Shown in pieces: positions 53,640 to 64,000 of a stretch of DNA of 64,000 nucleotides. A program made the position numbers and the translations under genes. The number at the start of each line of letters is the position of its first letter. Position 1 is the stretch's first letter. Source of the stretch: Bacteroidaceae bacterium (GTDB lineage: Bacteria; Bacteroidota; Bacteroidia; Bacteroidales; Bacteroidaceae); assembly GCA_024697945.1 (NCBI GenBank), contig JAILRU010000016.1:4588-68587 (forward strand), in the 5' to 3' direction. A model generated the notes under the pieces. That model ran no database searches. It was not told the DNA's origin and saw only the letters and a list, made by a program, of their open reading frames with translations.

Positions 53640-56516
53640 ATGAAACGTCTATTCATCATTATTCATTTATCATTTGTCATTTGTTATTTAGCGTTAGCGC
53701 AGTCTCCTACCACACTGGAGGGCTGGGCGGACAGGCTCGACAAGTTCGGCAAGTCCATTCCGCAGGAACAAGTCTTCGTCCACATGGACAATACTTGCTA
53801 TTTCCTGGGCGACACCATCTACTACAAGGCCTACGTGCGCCGAAGCGATACTGGCACACCGAGCCGCATCAGCGGTGTGCTCTATGCCGAGTTGCTGAAC
53901 CAGGACGGCTACCTCGTACAGCGGCAACAACTGGAACTAAAGAACGGACAGGTGCACGGCAGCTTCGTCCTGCAGGACACGCTCTACGGTGGTTACTACG
54001 AGTTGCGGGCCTATACACGGTGGCAGCTCAACTGGGGCATCACGGAGCATGCCCACAACCATTTCTCCGAGCAATGGTTCTACAACAAGCGCATGGCGAA
54101 GGAGTACTATCGCGACTATGAGAAACTCTACAGCCGCGTTTTCCCCGTCTTCGACAAGCCCAAGGAGCCGGGCGATTTCTTCCACGAGATGACGCTTCGC
54201 CCGCTACGCCGTCAGTCCAAGATTGACGAGACTTCGCCCAAGCCCAAGCTGCAGCTCTTCCCCGAAGGCGGTAACCTCGTGGCTGGTGTGGAGAACCGCG
54301 TAGCCTTCGAGGCAACGAGCAACGAGGGCTTGCATCTGGAAGGAAAAGTCCAGGTGACCGAAGGCTCAAGCAATGTAGTGGCTGAGGCTGACATCGAGCA
54401 TCGAGGCCGTGGTTCCTTTACCTTCACGCCTCAGAGCGGCAAGAGCTATAGCGTCATATATACCGGTAAGAAGGGTACGGTGAATGAGAACCTGCCCAGC
54501 CCTGACAAGGATGGCTGCGCAGTGCAGATGAAGCAAGAGAACGGGCAGACACAGGTGCAGGTTGCAGCTGCTGGTGTTGCTGCGACAGAGCCGCTCGGCA
54601 TGACGGTGATGCACGACGGTGTGCTCCTCGACTTCCAGAACATTCCCATAGGAGCATCCGCAACCCTTACCCTTGATGAGGCAAAACTGAAGACCGGCGT
54701 CTGCCAGATTACCATATTCAATAAGGAAGGACGTGTCTATGCCGACCGCCTCTTCTTCTGCCGCAAGGGTGACTTCGCACCAAGCACTCTTCGCTTCACT
54801 GGTCTCAGCAAGAATCCTACTGAACCTTTCGCTCCTATCAGCCTGTCTGTTGAAGGCGGGAAGCCCAGCACCACAGTCAGCGTCTCCGTATGCGATGCAA
54901 CGCACTCCGAGTATATCTACGACAATGGTAACATCCTGACCGAGATGCTTTTGGCAAGCCAGATACGCGGCTTCGTGGAGAACCCGGGCTACTTCTTCGA
55001 GAAGGACGATGCAGAGCATAATCGTGCCCTTGACCTCCTGCTCATGATACAAGGTTGGCGCCGCTACGATTGGCACACGATGACCACGCCTGGTGCCTTC
55101 GAACTGAACCACAAGCCCGAACAGACACCGCTCCTCGTAGGTGAAGTCAACAAGTACATGGCTATCGAACAGGAGTCGCAATTCGCAGACAATTACACTG
55201 CAGTGAGTGCAGGAACCAATGCGACAGATGAAGTCAGCCTGACGGGCAATGAGAATATCGCATCCAACTTAGACAGCGATACCAAGGAGGCTGAGGACGG
55301 CGGTAGCGTGACGGATTCCCGCGCCCTTACCGAAACCACTGGGCGTGACATCCCCGTGCAGAACGATGCCCTTGCCCGCCGTATGCAGAGCGAAGGCACA
55401 ATGAAGCATGAGGTACTGGTCAATGCCCAGTTCTTCAAGCCTGGTGCAGACCAGAAGGTCGATGGCGAGATGATGACCGAGAAGTTCTCGTTCTCCATCC
55501 CCTCACCGCGTTTCTACGAGGGCTGCATCTTCAACCTCGCTGCCAGCGACAGCACCAAGTGGGGAGACAAGAAGCATGTGTGGATTATACCAAGCACGGA
55601 CCGTAACGATAAGCTCAACTATCCTGAGTTCTACGTCCGCCTGCGTCCCTTCTATCCTCGCTTCGTGAAACCCTACGACTGGTACCAATGCCATTTGGCG
55701 GAGGCTCCGAAGGGTTCCGTCATTACTCCCGATTGGGTGATGGATGGCTCGCGCTTGCTCGATGAGGTTACCGTTGGTATTAAGCGTGCCCGCCTGGGCA
55801 AATTCGATCCAACGAAGCCCGCCTATGTCATCGATGCCTACGAAGCCTTCAACGCGGTTTGCGATGCCGGATTCTGTCCGGGTGTATATTATGGCGGCAA
55901 CCGCTTCGTCCGCGACGTTTCACGTACCTATATTGGTGACATGAACCTCTCGCGAGACTATGACCTTGATTTCCGGATGGACGGCAAACGACAGGCCAAT
56001 CAGTCTGCCGTCACGCAGAACCGCACTGACTACGGTGTCAAAGCCAATATCAGCGCAATGCCCGTGGAAACGTTCAACATCTCCTCCAAAAAGAAGGACG
56101 AATACAACCTCTTGAAGAACCTCGGCAAGGTCTATATCTATACCGACTACAGTCCGCGACGTGAGGGCAATTCGCTTTATGATGGCGAGGACATCCCGGA
56201 TGTTACCGTTGACCTTCATCTCATCGATGACATTGGTACACAGCGAACCACCTCCCGCGACCGCCGCTACATCCTGCCAGGATTCTCTGCCCCTGAGAAA
56301 TTCTATCAGCCCAACTATAGCAACAAGCCCTTGCCCGAGGTGAAGGACTACCGCCGCACGCTCTATTGGAACCCCGACCTCGAACTCGATAACAACGGTA
56401 AGGCCGAGTTCAGTTTCTACGGCAATGGCAAACAGACACATTTGACCGTCAGAGCTGAGGGTATCGCTAACGACGGCACACTCCTTACGGGCAAGAGCAT
56501 GCCAGAGGACAGGTGA
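53640..56516 (+). CDS. large secreted protein with N-terminal MG2 (alpha-2-macroglobulin-like) type domains (958 aa)
   Basis: EQVFVHMDNTCYFLGDTIYYKAYV...LYAELLNQDGYLV...GGYYELRAYT and LFPEGGNLVAGVENRVAFEA fit the MG2-domain pattern. The remainder is unassigned. Confidence 0.5.
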   Translation: MKRLFIIIHLSFVICYLALAQSPTTLEGWADRLDKFGKSIPQEQVFVHMDNTCYFLGDTIYYKAYVRRSDTGTPSRISGVLYAELLNQDGYLVQRQQLELKNGQVHGSFVLQDTLYGGYYELRAYTRWQLNWGITEHAHNHFSEQWFYNKRMAKEYYRDYEKLYSRVFPVFDKPKEPGDFFHEMTLRPLRRQSKIDETSPKPKLQLFPEGGNLVAGVENRVAFEATSNEGLHLEGKVQVTEGSSNVVAEADIEHRGRGSFTFTPQSGKSYSVIYTGKKGTVNENLPSPDKDGCAVQMKQENGQTQVQVAAAGVAATEPLGMTVMHDGVLLDFQNIPIGASATLTLDEAKLKTGVCQITIFNKEGRVYADRLFFCRKGDFAPSTLRFTGLSKNPTEPFAPISLSVEGGKPSTTVSVSVCDATHSEYIYDNGNILTEMLLASQIRGFVENPGYFFEKDDAEHNRALDLLLMIQGWRRYDWHTMTTPGAFELNHKPEQTPLLVGEVNKYMAIEQESQFADNYTAVSAGTNATDEVSLTGNENIASNLDSDTKEAEDGGSVTDSRALTETTGRDIPVQNDALARRMQSEGTMKHEVLVNAQFFKPGADQKVDGEMMTEKFSFSIPSPRFYEGCIFNLAASDSTKWGDKKHVWIIPSTDRNDKLNYPEFYVRLRPFYPRFVKPYDWYQCHLAEAPKGSVITPDWVMDGSRLLDEVTVGIKRARLGKFDPTKPAYVIDAYEAFNAVCDAGFCPGVYYGGNRFVRDVSRTYIGDMNLSRDYDLDFRMDGKRQANQSAVTQNRTDYGVKANISAMPVETFNISSKKKDEYNLLKNLGKVYIYTDYSPRREGNSLYDGEDIPDVTVDLHLIDDIGTQRTTSRDRRYILPGFSAPEKFYQPNYSNKPLPEVKDYRRTLYWNPDLELDNNGKAEFSFYGNGKQTHLTVRAEGIANDGTLLTGKSMPEDR
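53662..53691 (+). repeat. TCATTTN heptamer run ending TTATTTAG, encoding the signal-peptide core IHLSFVICYL
   Basis: ttcatttatcatttgtcatttgttatttag. Confidence 0.85.
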
Positions 56517-56522
56517 TTAAAA

Positions 56523-56543
56523 GTTGAGAGTTGAGAGTTATAG
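56523..56543 (+). repeat. GTTGAGA GTTGAGA GTTATAG spanning the TTG start of the methyltransferase gene
   Basis: Direct reading. The same word in reverse complement occurs at 62576. Confidence 0.85.
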
Positions 56544-57358
56544 AGGTCACATCGCTTGATGCTTCTGGACTGGATGTCTATGGTACGCTCACAGAGGCTC
56601 AGCTGCGCAACAGGTTGGAACCGGAAAAGGGACTCTTCATTGCGGAGAGTCCCAAGGTGATAAGTGTTGCCCTCGATACCGGGATGGAGCCGGTGTCACT
56701 GCTTTGTGAACGCAAGCATATCGAAGGTGATGCGCGGTGTATCATTGAACGTTGCCCAGAGGATATGCCTATCTATACAGGCAGCCGTGAATTGTTGGCA
56801 AAGTTGACAGGCTACACTTTGACGCGTGGCGTGCTCTGTGCCATGCGTCGTTCTAAACCGCTTTCACCGGAAAAGATTTGCCAGAAAGCACATCGCATTG
56901 TTGTACTACACGGTGTAGTGGATACGACAAACGTTGGTGCCATCTTCCGTTCGGCTGCAGCACTTGGTATGGATGCCGTACTGATGACGCGTGATTCATG
57001 CGACCCACTAAATCGTCGTGCCGTTCGTGTCTCAATGGGCAGTGTCTTTCTTGTGCCTTGGACGTGGCTCGATGCTGACGATGGCATACCCGCCAGCACC
57101 ATTCATAAACTGAAGAAGATGGGCTTTTCGACGGCTGCGATGGCGCTGCGTCACGATGATATCAGCATCGACGACCCAAAACTAAAGGCCACCGACCGCT
57201 TGGCTCTCATCATGGGAACCGAGGGCGATGGCCTGCCTGAAGCAATCATTGATGCTGCTGATTATGTCGTGAAGATTCCCATGCATCACGGTGTCGATAG
57301 TCTCAACGTAGGCAATGCCGCCGCAATTGCTTTTTGGGAGCTTACATATCGTACTTAA
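56531..57358 (+). CDS. TrmH/SpoU family RNA 2'-O-methyltransferase (TTG start)
   Basis: VVDTTNVGAIFRSAAALG, LIMGTEGDGL, IPMHHGVDSLNVGNAAAI. Confidence 0.8.
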   Translation: MRVIEVTSLDASGLDVYGTLTEAQLRNRLEPEKGLFIAESPKVISVALDTGMEPVSLLCERKHIEGDARCIIERCPEDMPIYTGSRELLAKLTGYTLTRGVLCAMRRSKPLSPEKICQKAHRIVVLHGVVDTTNVGAIFRSAAALGMDAVLMTRDSCDPLNRRAVRVSMGSVFLVPWTWLDADDGIPASTIHKLKKMGFSTAAMALRHDDISIDDPKLKATDRLALIMGTEGDGLPEAIIDAADYVVKIPMHHGVDSLNVGNAAAIAFWELTYRT

Positions 57359-59132
57359 GATTCTCCCACTCTGTCTCCTGGTCGAGCTGAGCCATGAAGT
57401 CGTCAAGAACCGACTGGTCTATGTCGCCAAGTTCGAACTCCTTCTGTGCATCTTTCCGTATCTCGGCAATCCAGGCACGGCGAGCCTTGATGTAATCTTC
57501 GTGAACCTGAGCCGCTGTCTCCTCCGTAATCTCATCGATACCATAGTACTCGCAGATGAGTCGGTAGCTCCATGCCCAGCGATATTCTGCATAGTTGTCA
57601 TTGGCACGGACGAACTCCTCGCGGATGTCGTGGATGTTGCTCAGTGAGCCGTCCTTGATGGCGGCAACGATGCGCTGCTCTTCGCTTAGGGGGATGAGCA
57701 GGCCGCTCAGATCGCTCCACTTGCCTGTACCTGTGGAAGAGGCCGGACGCTCCAAACGGTGACGCTTCATGACAGCTCCCATATAGATACGCAGGGCAAT
57801 GTCGTAGTACTTGATGCCCTTCTTGAGCGACGAGTTCTTGATGACATAGTCGTGGAAGTTGTACGTCTCCACATCGCCCGACACCTCGCGCAATGCCTCT
57901 AGTGTGCGCTTAGCCACCATGATGCCACCCACGGAGAAGGGGGAGAGCCAGTCGAAGTTGACGATGGAATTCTTGCCCTTACTCTCACGCCTGTCGCGCT
58001 TGGGCCACTTGCGGATATCGCGGTAAAGACCGACGGTAGTGAGATTGCGTCCAGGTACCAAGTACATATCGTCGCCATAGGCAATGAGGTAGGAGAAAGG
58101 CAGCTTGCGTGTGTCAGGATGGTGCATCAGTTTGCCGAAGCAGACACTGAAAGTTCCTATTTGTGCCGGCATAAGGATATAGCCGCCACTGGCTGTCTTA
58201 GTGCCGCGTTCCAGTACACCCCAGTGCATGGGCCCCATCTTGTAGGCATGATTGGAGAAATTCGTACCGGAGCCTGCATTGTAGAACGAAAACATACCAC
58301 CGATGAGCAGCGAGCTCTTGTGGTGAGAAGCGGAGAATGGGCCGCAGAAGGCAGCACAGGCCTCGCCGTTGCTCATGTAGCAGTTAGCGAAAAAGAGGCT
58401 GTTCTCAGCAGTAAAGCCATCAGCTATCTTGCAGGCCTCGCCCACGAAGCAATTCTCTATCTTAGTGGCATTGGTGATGCTGGAACCGTTGTAGATGACC
58501 GAGTTCAGGCAGATGACACCTACTCCGATGGTGACAGCAGCACTGGGAATGCTCTTGAGTGTACAGTCGCGTAGGCGTAAAGCTCCGTCGATGATGCAAC
58601 CGTCGCTGATATGACAGTTGGTGATGTCGTGGGTGGCAGTGATACGCACATTGTTGCCGATAGTGGTGACGGCAAGGCTGTGGTCTGCAATGTCCTTCGT
58701 GATGAGGCGGCGCACGATGTCGGTGAACTCGCGGTCCTGCTCGTACTTGACCATGAGGGCAGCAAGCTGGGAATTGAGACCGTCGAATATCATTACATTG
58801 CCATCGCCCACCTCATTGAGGACGGAAATAACGCATCCCTCGCCGAAAGAGGCATCGGGTGTGGTGTTAATACAGCTTACGTCCTCGATGAGACAGTCGT
58901 CACCGATGACGCAGTTGCGCAACGTAGAACGACGTATGCCGCTATGCTTGATGAAACCGTCGGTCACTTCTATTGCCTTGTTGAAAGTGCCGAGCGTCAC
59001 CTCTCCAAAGAAATTCGTCTGCTGAATATGGTCGGTGCAGAAGTCGTTAGCCACTGTGATATTTTGCCAGTCTTCTGCTGTGCAGCCTTGAAGCTTGAGG
59101 GCCGCAATCTCGTTTTCATTAAGTTTCCTCAT
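57342..59132 (-). CDS. DUF4954-like left-handed beta-helix protein (596 aa)
   Basis: N-terminus L.ENEIAALKLQGCTAEDWQNI.V followed by hexapeptide-like repeats. Family name from memory. Confidence 0.5.
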   Translation of the reverse strand: MRKLNENEIAALKLQGCTAEDWQNITVANDFCTDHIQQTNFFGEVTLGTFNKAIEVTDGFIKHSGIRRSTLRNCVIGDDCLIEDVSCINTTPDASFGEGCVISVLNEVGDGNVMIFDGLNSQLAALMVKYEQDREFTDIVRRLITKDIADHSLAVTTIGNNVRITATHDITNCHISDGCIIDGALRLRDCTLKSIPSAAVTIGVGVICLNSVIYNGSSITNATKIENCFVGEACKIADGFTAENSLFFANCYMSNGEACAAFCGPFSASHHKSSLLIGGMFSFYNAGSGTNFSNHAYKMGPMHWGVLERGTKTASGGYILMPAQIGTFSVCFGKLMHHPDTRKLPFSYLIAYGDDMYLVPGRNLTTVGLYRDIRKWPKRDRRESKGKNSIVNFDWLSPFSVGGIMVAKRTLEALREVSGDVETYNFHDYVIKNSSLKKGIKYYDIALRIYMGAVMKRHRLERPASSTGTGKWSDLSGLLIPLSEEQRIVAAIKDGSLSNIHDIREEFVRANDNYAEYRWAWSYRLICEYYGIDEITEETAAQVHEDYIKARRAWIAEIRKDAQKEFELGDIDQSVLDDFMAQLDQETEWENLKYDM

Positions 59133-59173
59133 AAAATGTTATCCTTATTTACCTTATATACTATTTCGGGGTG

Positions 59174-59181
59174 CAAAGGTA
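59174..59181 (-). promoter_or_regulatory. -7 box TAccTTTG for the DUF4954-like gene
   Basis: Plus strand reads caaaggta in gtgcaaaggtacgaaaaaaa. Confidence 0.55.
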
Positions 59182-59190
59182 CGAAAAAAA

Positions 59191-59289
59191 GTTGAAAAGT
59201 TGAAAAGTTAAAAAGTTAAAAAAGTGAAGAGTTAAGGATAATTCTTCATTCTTCTTTATAATTTTGAATTTTGAATTTTGAATTTTGAA
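59191..59289. repeat. about 100 nt of consecutive word arrays between divergent promoters
   Basis: gttgaaaa x2, gttaaaaa x2, gtgaagagttaagg, attcttc x2, (attttga)x4. Confidence 0.85.
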
Positions 59290-59299
59290 TTATATGTTG

Positions 59300-59307
59300 T
59301 ATCTTTG
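59300..59307 (+). promoter_or_regulatory. -7 box TAtcTTTG upstream of queD
   Basis: 35 nt upstream of the ATG at 59342. Confidence 0.55.
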
Positions 59308-59341
59308 CACAACAATAACCTCAAAACATTTTAACCTTCTC

Positions 59342-59674
59342 ATGTATTACATTAGCAAAAGATTGGTGATATCTGCCAGCCACCGATTGGAACTGTCATA
59401 CCCCAGCAAGTGTAGTCAGTTGCACGGTCACAATTGGACCATCACCGTTTACTGCAAGGCCTTGGAACTTAATGCCGACGGGATGGTTGTTGATTTCAAG
59501 ATTATCAAGCAACGTATAGAGTCACAGCTCGACCACGCTAACCTGAACGAGGTGCTGCCCTGCAACCCCACTGCCGAGAACATTGCACGCTGGGTGTGCG
59601 ATCAGATTCCCGAATGCTACCGCGTTGATGTGCAGGAAAGCGAGGGCAACATGGCAACGTACGAAGAGGAATGA
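59342..59674 (+). CDS. queD: 6-carboxy-5,6,7,8-tetrahydropterin synthase
   Basis: SASHRL......C..LHGHNW.. motif. Start set at the ATG at 59342, after the promoter box. Confidence 0.85.
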   Translation: MYYISKRLVISASHRLELSYPSKCSQLHGHNWTITVYCKALELNADGMVVDFKIIKQRIESQLDHANLNEVLPCNPTAENIARWVCDQIPECYRVDVQESEGNMATYEEE

Positions 59675-60282
59675 AAGTTAACGAGACTTTCCTGTCATTG
59701 CAGGGCGAGGGTTACTTCACTGGGACTCCTGCTTTCTTCCTGCGTTTCTCAGGATGCAACCTGCAATGCCCTTTCTGCGACACCCGCCATCAGTCCTTCG
59801 CTGAGATGAATGAGGAGGAGATTGTTTGTGAGGCAAGTCGCCATGAGCCGCGCCACATTGTCATTACCGGTGGCGAACCAGCCTTGCAACTCACACAGTC
59901 CCTTGTTGATAAGCTCCACGAGGCGGGTTTCTTCATTCAGGTGGAGACCAATGGAACTCTGCCGCTCCCTGAAGGCATCGATTGGGTAACATGTTCACCG
60001 AAGGGAGCCCCACAGACCCTCCAGCCCCCCCTAGAGGGAGGACTTATGGGGAGGGAGTATCCTCATGAGCTGAAGGTGCTATATATGGGCGATGGCAGTG
60101 ACCCTGAAGTCTATCTTCTCTGTGGGAGGTATGGAGGAGGTCCAGCCCTATACCTACAGCCCCTCGACACGGGCAACGAAGAGCGTAACCGTGCCATCCT
60201 ACATGAAACCATCGCCTACATATTGAAGCACCCCAAGTGGTCGCTTTCGTTGCAGACACACAAGTTCTTGGGCATAAAGTAA
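59671..60282 (+). CDS. queE: 7-carboxy-7-deazaguanine synthase (radical SAM)
   Basis: F.SLQGEG.FTGTPA.FLRFSGCNLQCPFCDT, TGGEPALQ, ETNGT, LSLQTHK. About 20 aa longer than I expect for Bacteroidota QueE. Confidence 0.8.
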   Translation: MKVNETFLSLQGEGYFTGTPAFFLRFSGCNLQCPFCDTRHQSFAEMNEEEIVCEASRHEPRHIVITGGEPALQLTQSLVDKLHEAGFFIQVETNGTLPLPEGIDWVTCSPKGAPQTLQPPLEGGLMGREYPHELKVLYMGDGSDPEVYLLCGRYGGGPALYLQPLDTGNEERNRAILHETIAYILKHPKWSLSLQTHKFLGIK

Positions 60283-60294
60283 ATATTATACAAC

Positions 60295-61508
60295 ATGACA
60301 ACTACCATTCAAGCAAACCCTGGCGAGGTGATTATCAGCCTCGACGGACGTTTAGACACAGCCACATCGGCAGATGCCAGTGCCAAGATTAACTCACAAC
60401 TGTCAAAATGCGAATTGTCGGATTGCAGATTAACCGTAGATGCTTCGCGTTTAGAATACATCTCCAGTTCAGGACTGCGCATCCTACTCTCGCTGGTGAA
60501 GCGCTATAAAGACTTCCGCGTGATTGATGTTCAACCACAGGTCTATGAGGTGCTCGAGACTACGGGATTCACCAAGATTATGACCGTAGAGCGAGCCATG
60601 CGTCAGCTGAGCGTGGAGGGTTGCCGGCTCATAGGAATCGGAGGAGTGGGAAAGGTTTACAGGCTGGACGGCGACACCATCATCAAGGTGTTCCGTGAGG
60701 GAACCACGATGGACGAGGTACGCCGCGAGATAACGCTCTCCAAGGAAGCTTTCCTACTGGGTATGCCCACGGCCATCTCGTTCGATGTGGTCAGGGTGGC
60801 TCCGTCATCGGAAAACCCTGCAGAGTGTTACGGTCTGGTCTATGAATTGCTGACAGCCCAAACGCTGAGCACCTACGTGAAGCAGCACCCCGATGAGCTT
60901 GACTCCTGCGCGAGGAAGTATGCCAATCTCTTCCTCGGAATGCATCAGATAGAAGTGCCCGCAGGTGGAAAAGTGCCTTCCGCCATAGAACACGAGCGGA
61001 AACAAGTGGAACACATACGCCGCTACTTCCCCGACGAAAGCATCGACATGATGCTGCGCATTATTGACAGTATCCCTGCGGGGAACCGCCTGCTCCATTT
61101 GGACCTGCAGACGAAGAATGCCATGATGCAGGACGGCGAGCTCATGCTCATCGACATGGGCGAGGTGGCATACGGACACCCCATGCTCGATTTGGGGCAT
61201 GCCTACTCAGCCATGGTGAGCCTCGTCGGAGACTATGAGAAGATAATCGGTCTGCCGCAAAATTTGGGACAGCGCCTTTGGAACAAGGCGATGGATTATT
61301 ATTTCGAGGGCCTTCCTGCAGACGTGGTAGCAGAGCGCAAGGCGCAGATAGAAGTCGTTTCGTGCATCAGGAACTTCAGTTGGCTATCGCTGTCCGACTC
61401 TTTCCCCGAACCGGTGATTCAGGAGTGCAAGTCCCTATTCGACGAGCGCATAGCACGACGTTTCGACCACATCATGGACGTATGTAAGACGTTCAATCAT
61501 TGGACACT

Positions 61509-61512
<4 letters not shown>
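60295..61512 (+). CDS. STAS (anti-sigma-antagonist-like) domain fused to a protein-kinase-like / APH-fold domain (405 aa)
   Basis: N-terminal ..ISLDGRLDTATS...LEYISSSGLRILL...VLETTGF STAS pattern. Then G-rich loop GIGGVGKVY, IIKVF Lys, catalytic HLDLQTKN and IDMGE. Confidence 0.65.
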
Positions 61513-63293
<1,781 letters not shown>

Positions 63294-63338
63294 AACCACT
63301 CAGGGATACTTGCAAGTGCCCTCAGCGAACTTCGATTC

Positions 63339-64000
63339 TCACTCAACCGTGAATTTTTTCCCGTTCTCGATGTAGATTCCACGTGCAGGTTTGCCAGAGA
63401 GACGACGGCCCTGAAGGTCATAGACGGCATCATCATTTATCATTTGTCCTTTATCATTTAGACATGGAGCGTCGCTGATTCCATCTACCATTTCGTCCGT
63501 GAGGTCGCCAACGATGGTGCCGTACTTGGCCCAGTTTGAGGCCTTGTACTTCTCAAGGGCACTGGCATAGACATGAATAGTGGGATTGCTATTGAAGATG
63601 TAATCCCCGAGGGTCGGAGGCATGAGAGCCTTCACGTATGCATCCTTGACAGGAGAATTATAGAAGACTCCCTGGCTCATTGTCTTGACCTTTTTGCCGA
63701 TAATGACCGTGGCGAGGGTGCTGCTGCCACCGAAAGCTTCGAGACCGATACTGGTCACAGCATCGGGAATATCTATCATCCTAAGTCCAGAGAAGCGGAA
63801 GGAGCGGTCTCCTATCGTGGTTGTCTTCAGGGGCAGACGCATGGAGATGAGCTTCTTGAAACTGTCGAAGGCATAGGGTCCTATCTCGTTGAGCGATGTC
63901 GTATAGCTCTGGTAATAGGCATAATTGCCCGATACAATCTTGGCTTCGGAGAGGTCGATGGATGCGAGGTTTCCTTCCGCGATGAGCTTGCGCAGGTAGC
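63339..64000 (-). CDS. BspA-type LRR protein with T9SS CTD, 5' end outside the window
   Basis: The frame stays open to the window edge. The module is about 60 percent identical to the C-terminal LRR module of the M60 protein. C-terminus AVYDLQGRRLSGKPARGIYIENGKKFTVE. Confidence 0.8.
   Translation of the reverse strand, partial: YLRKLIAEGNLASIDLSEAKIVSGNYAYYQSYTTSLNEIGPYAFDSFKKLISMRLPLKTTTIGDRSFRFSGLRMIDIPDAVTSIGLEAFGGSSTLATVIIGKKVKTMSQGVFYNSPVKDAYVKALMPPTLGDYIFNSNPTIHVYASALEKYKASNWAKYGTIVGDLTDEMVDGISDAPCLNDKGQMINDDAVYDLQGRRLSGKPARGIYIENGKKFTVE
63434..63462 (-). repeat. TCATTTA-family heptamer run in the pre-CTD linker
   Basis: Plus strand tcattta tcatttg tccttta tcatttag; encodes LNDKGQMINDD. 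Confidence 0.85.

Overview
This 64-kb chromosomal segment reads as Bacteroidota, probably Prevotellaceae. That placement is an inference from four observations: TAnnTTTG -7 promoter boxes upstream of most genes, no Shine-Dalgarno sites, five proteins ending in T9SS C-terminal sorting domains, and ftsX-DUF3098-uppP-truB-queA synteny. I call about 47 protein genes and 2 tRNAs (Gln-UUG, Leu-UAG). Most genes are housekeeping: ddh, miaB, ftsX, uppP, truB, queA, folK, topA-aroK-speA, rbfA, etfBA plus an acyl-CoA dehydrogenase, queDE and a TrmH-family methylase. There is also a peptidase-rich stretch (two C1/PepC-like, an M24B, an M28 and an M60-like). Large secreted cargo includes BspA-type LRR proteins, a PI-PLC-like protein, a DUF3472-like protein and an MG2-like protein. 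I see no rRNA, CRISPR, intact IS or integrase, SusC/D pair, or recognisable defence or toxin genes. The unusual content is sub-genic. (1) A small vocabulary of AT-rich tandem heptamers, with a few 8/9/11/22-mers, recurs at more than 30 sites. These lie on stop and start codons, in leaders, in signal peptides, in linkers before T9SS domains, and in-frame inside conserved enzymes. (2) A Y1/HUH (RAYT-like) transposase-family gene carries GTAG-plus-hairpin REP-like repeats inside and upstream of itself, and has an extra C-terminal domain. It sits beside a decapitated tlpA paralog fragment. (3) A 1.55-kb gene-poor segment next to tRNA-Gln is bounded by nested high-identity inverted repeats. (4) A STAS-kinase fusion is translationally coupled to a Cache-PP2C phosphatase. 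(5) Several helically phased 22-bp and 11-bp arrays are present. All functional calls rest on motif recognition by eye; no searches were run.
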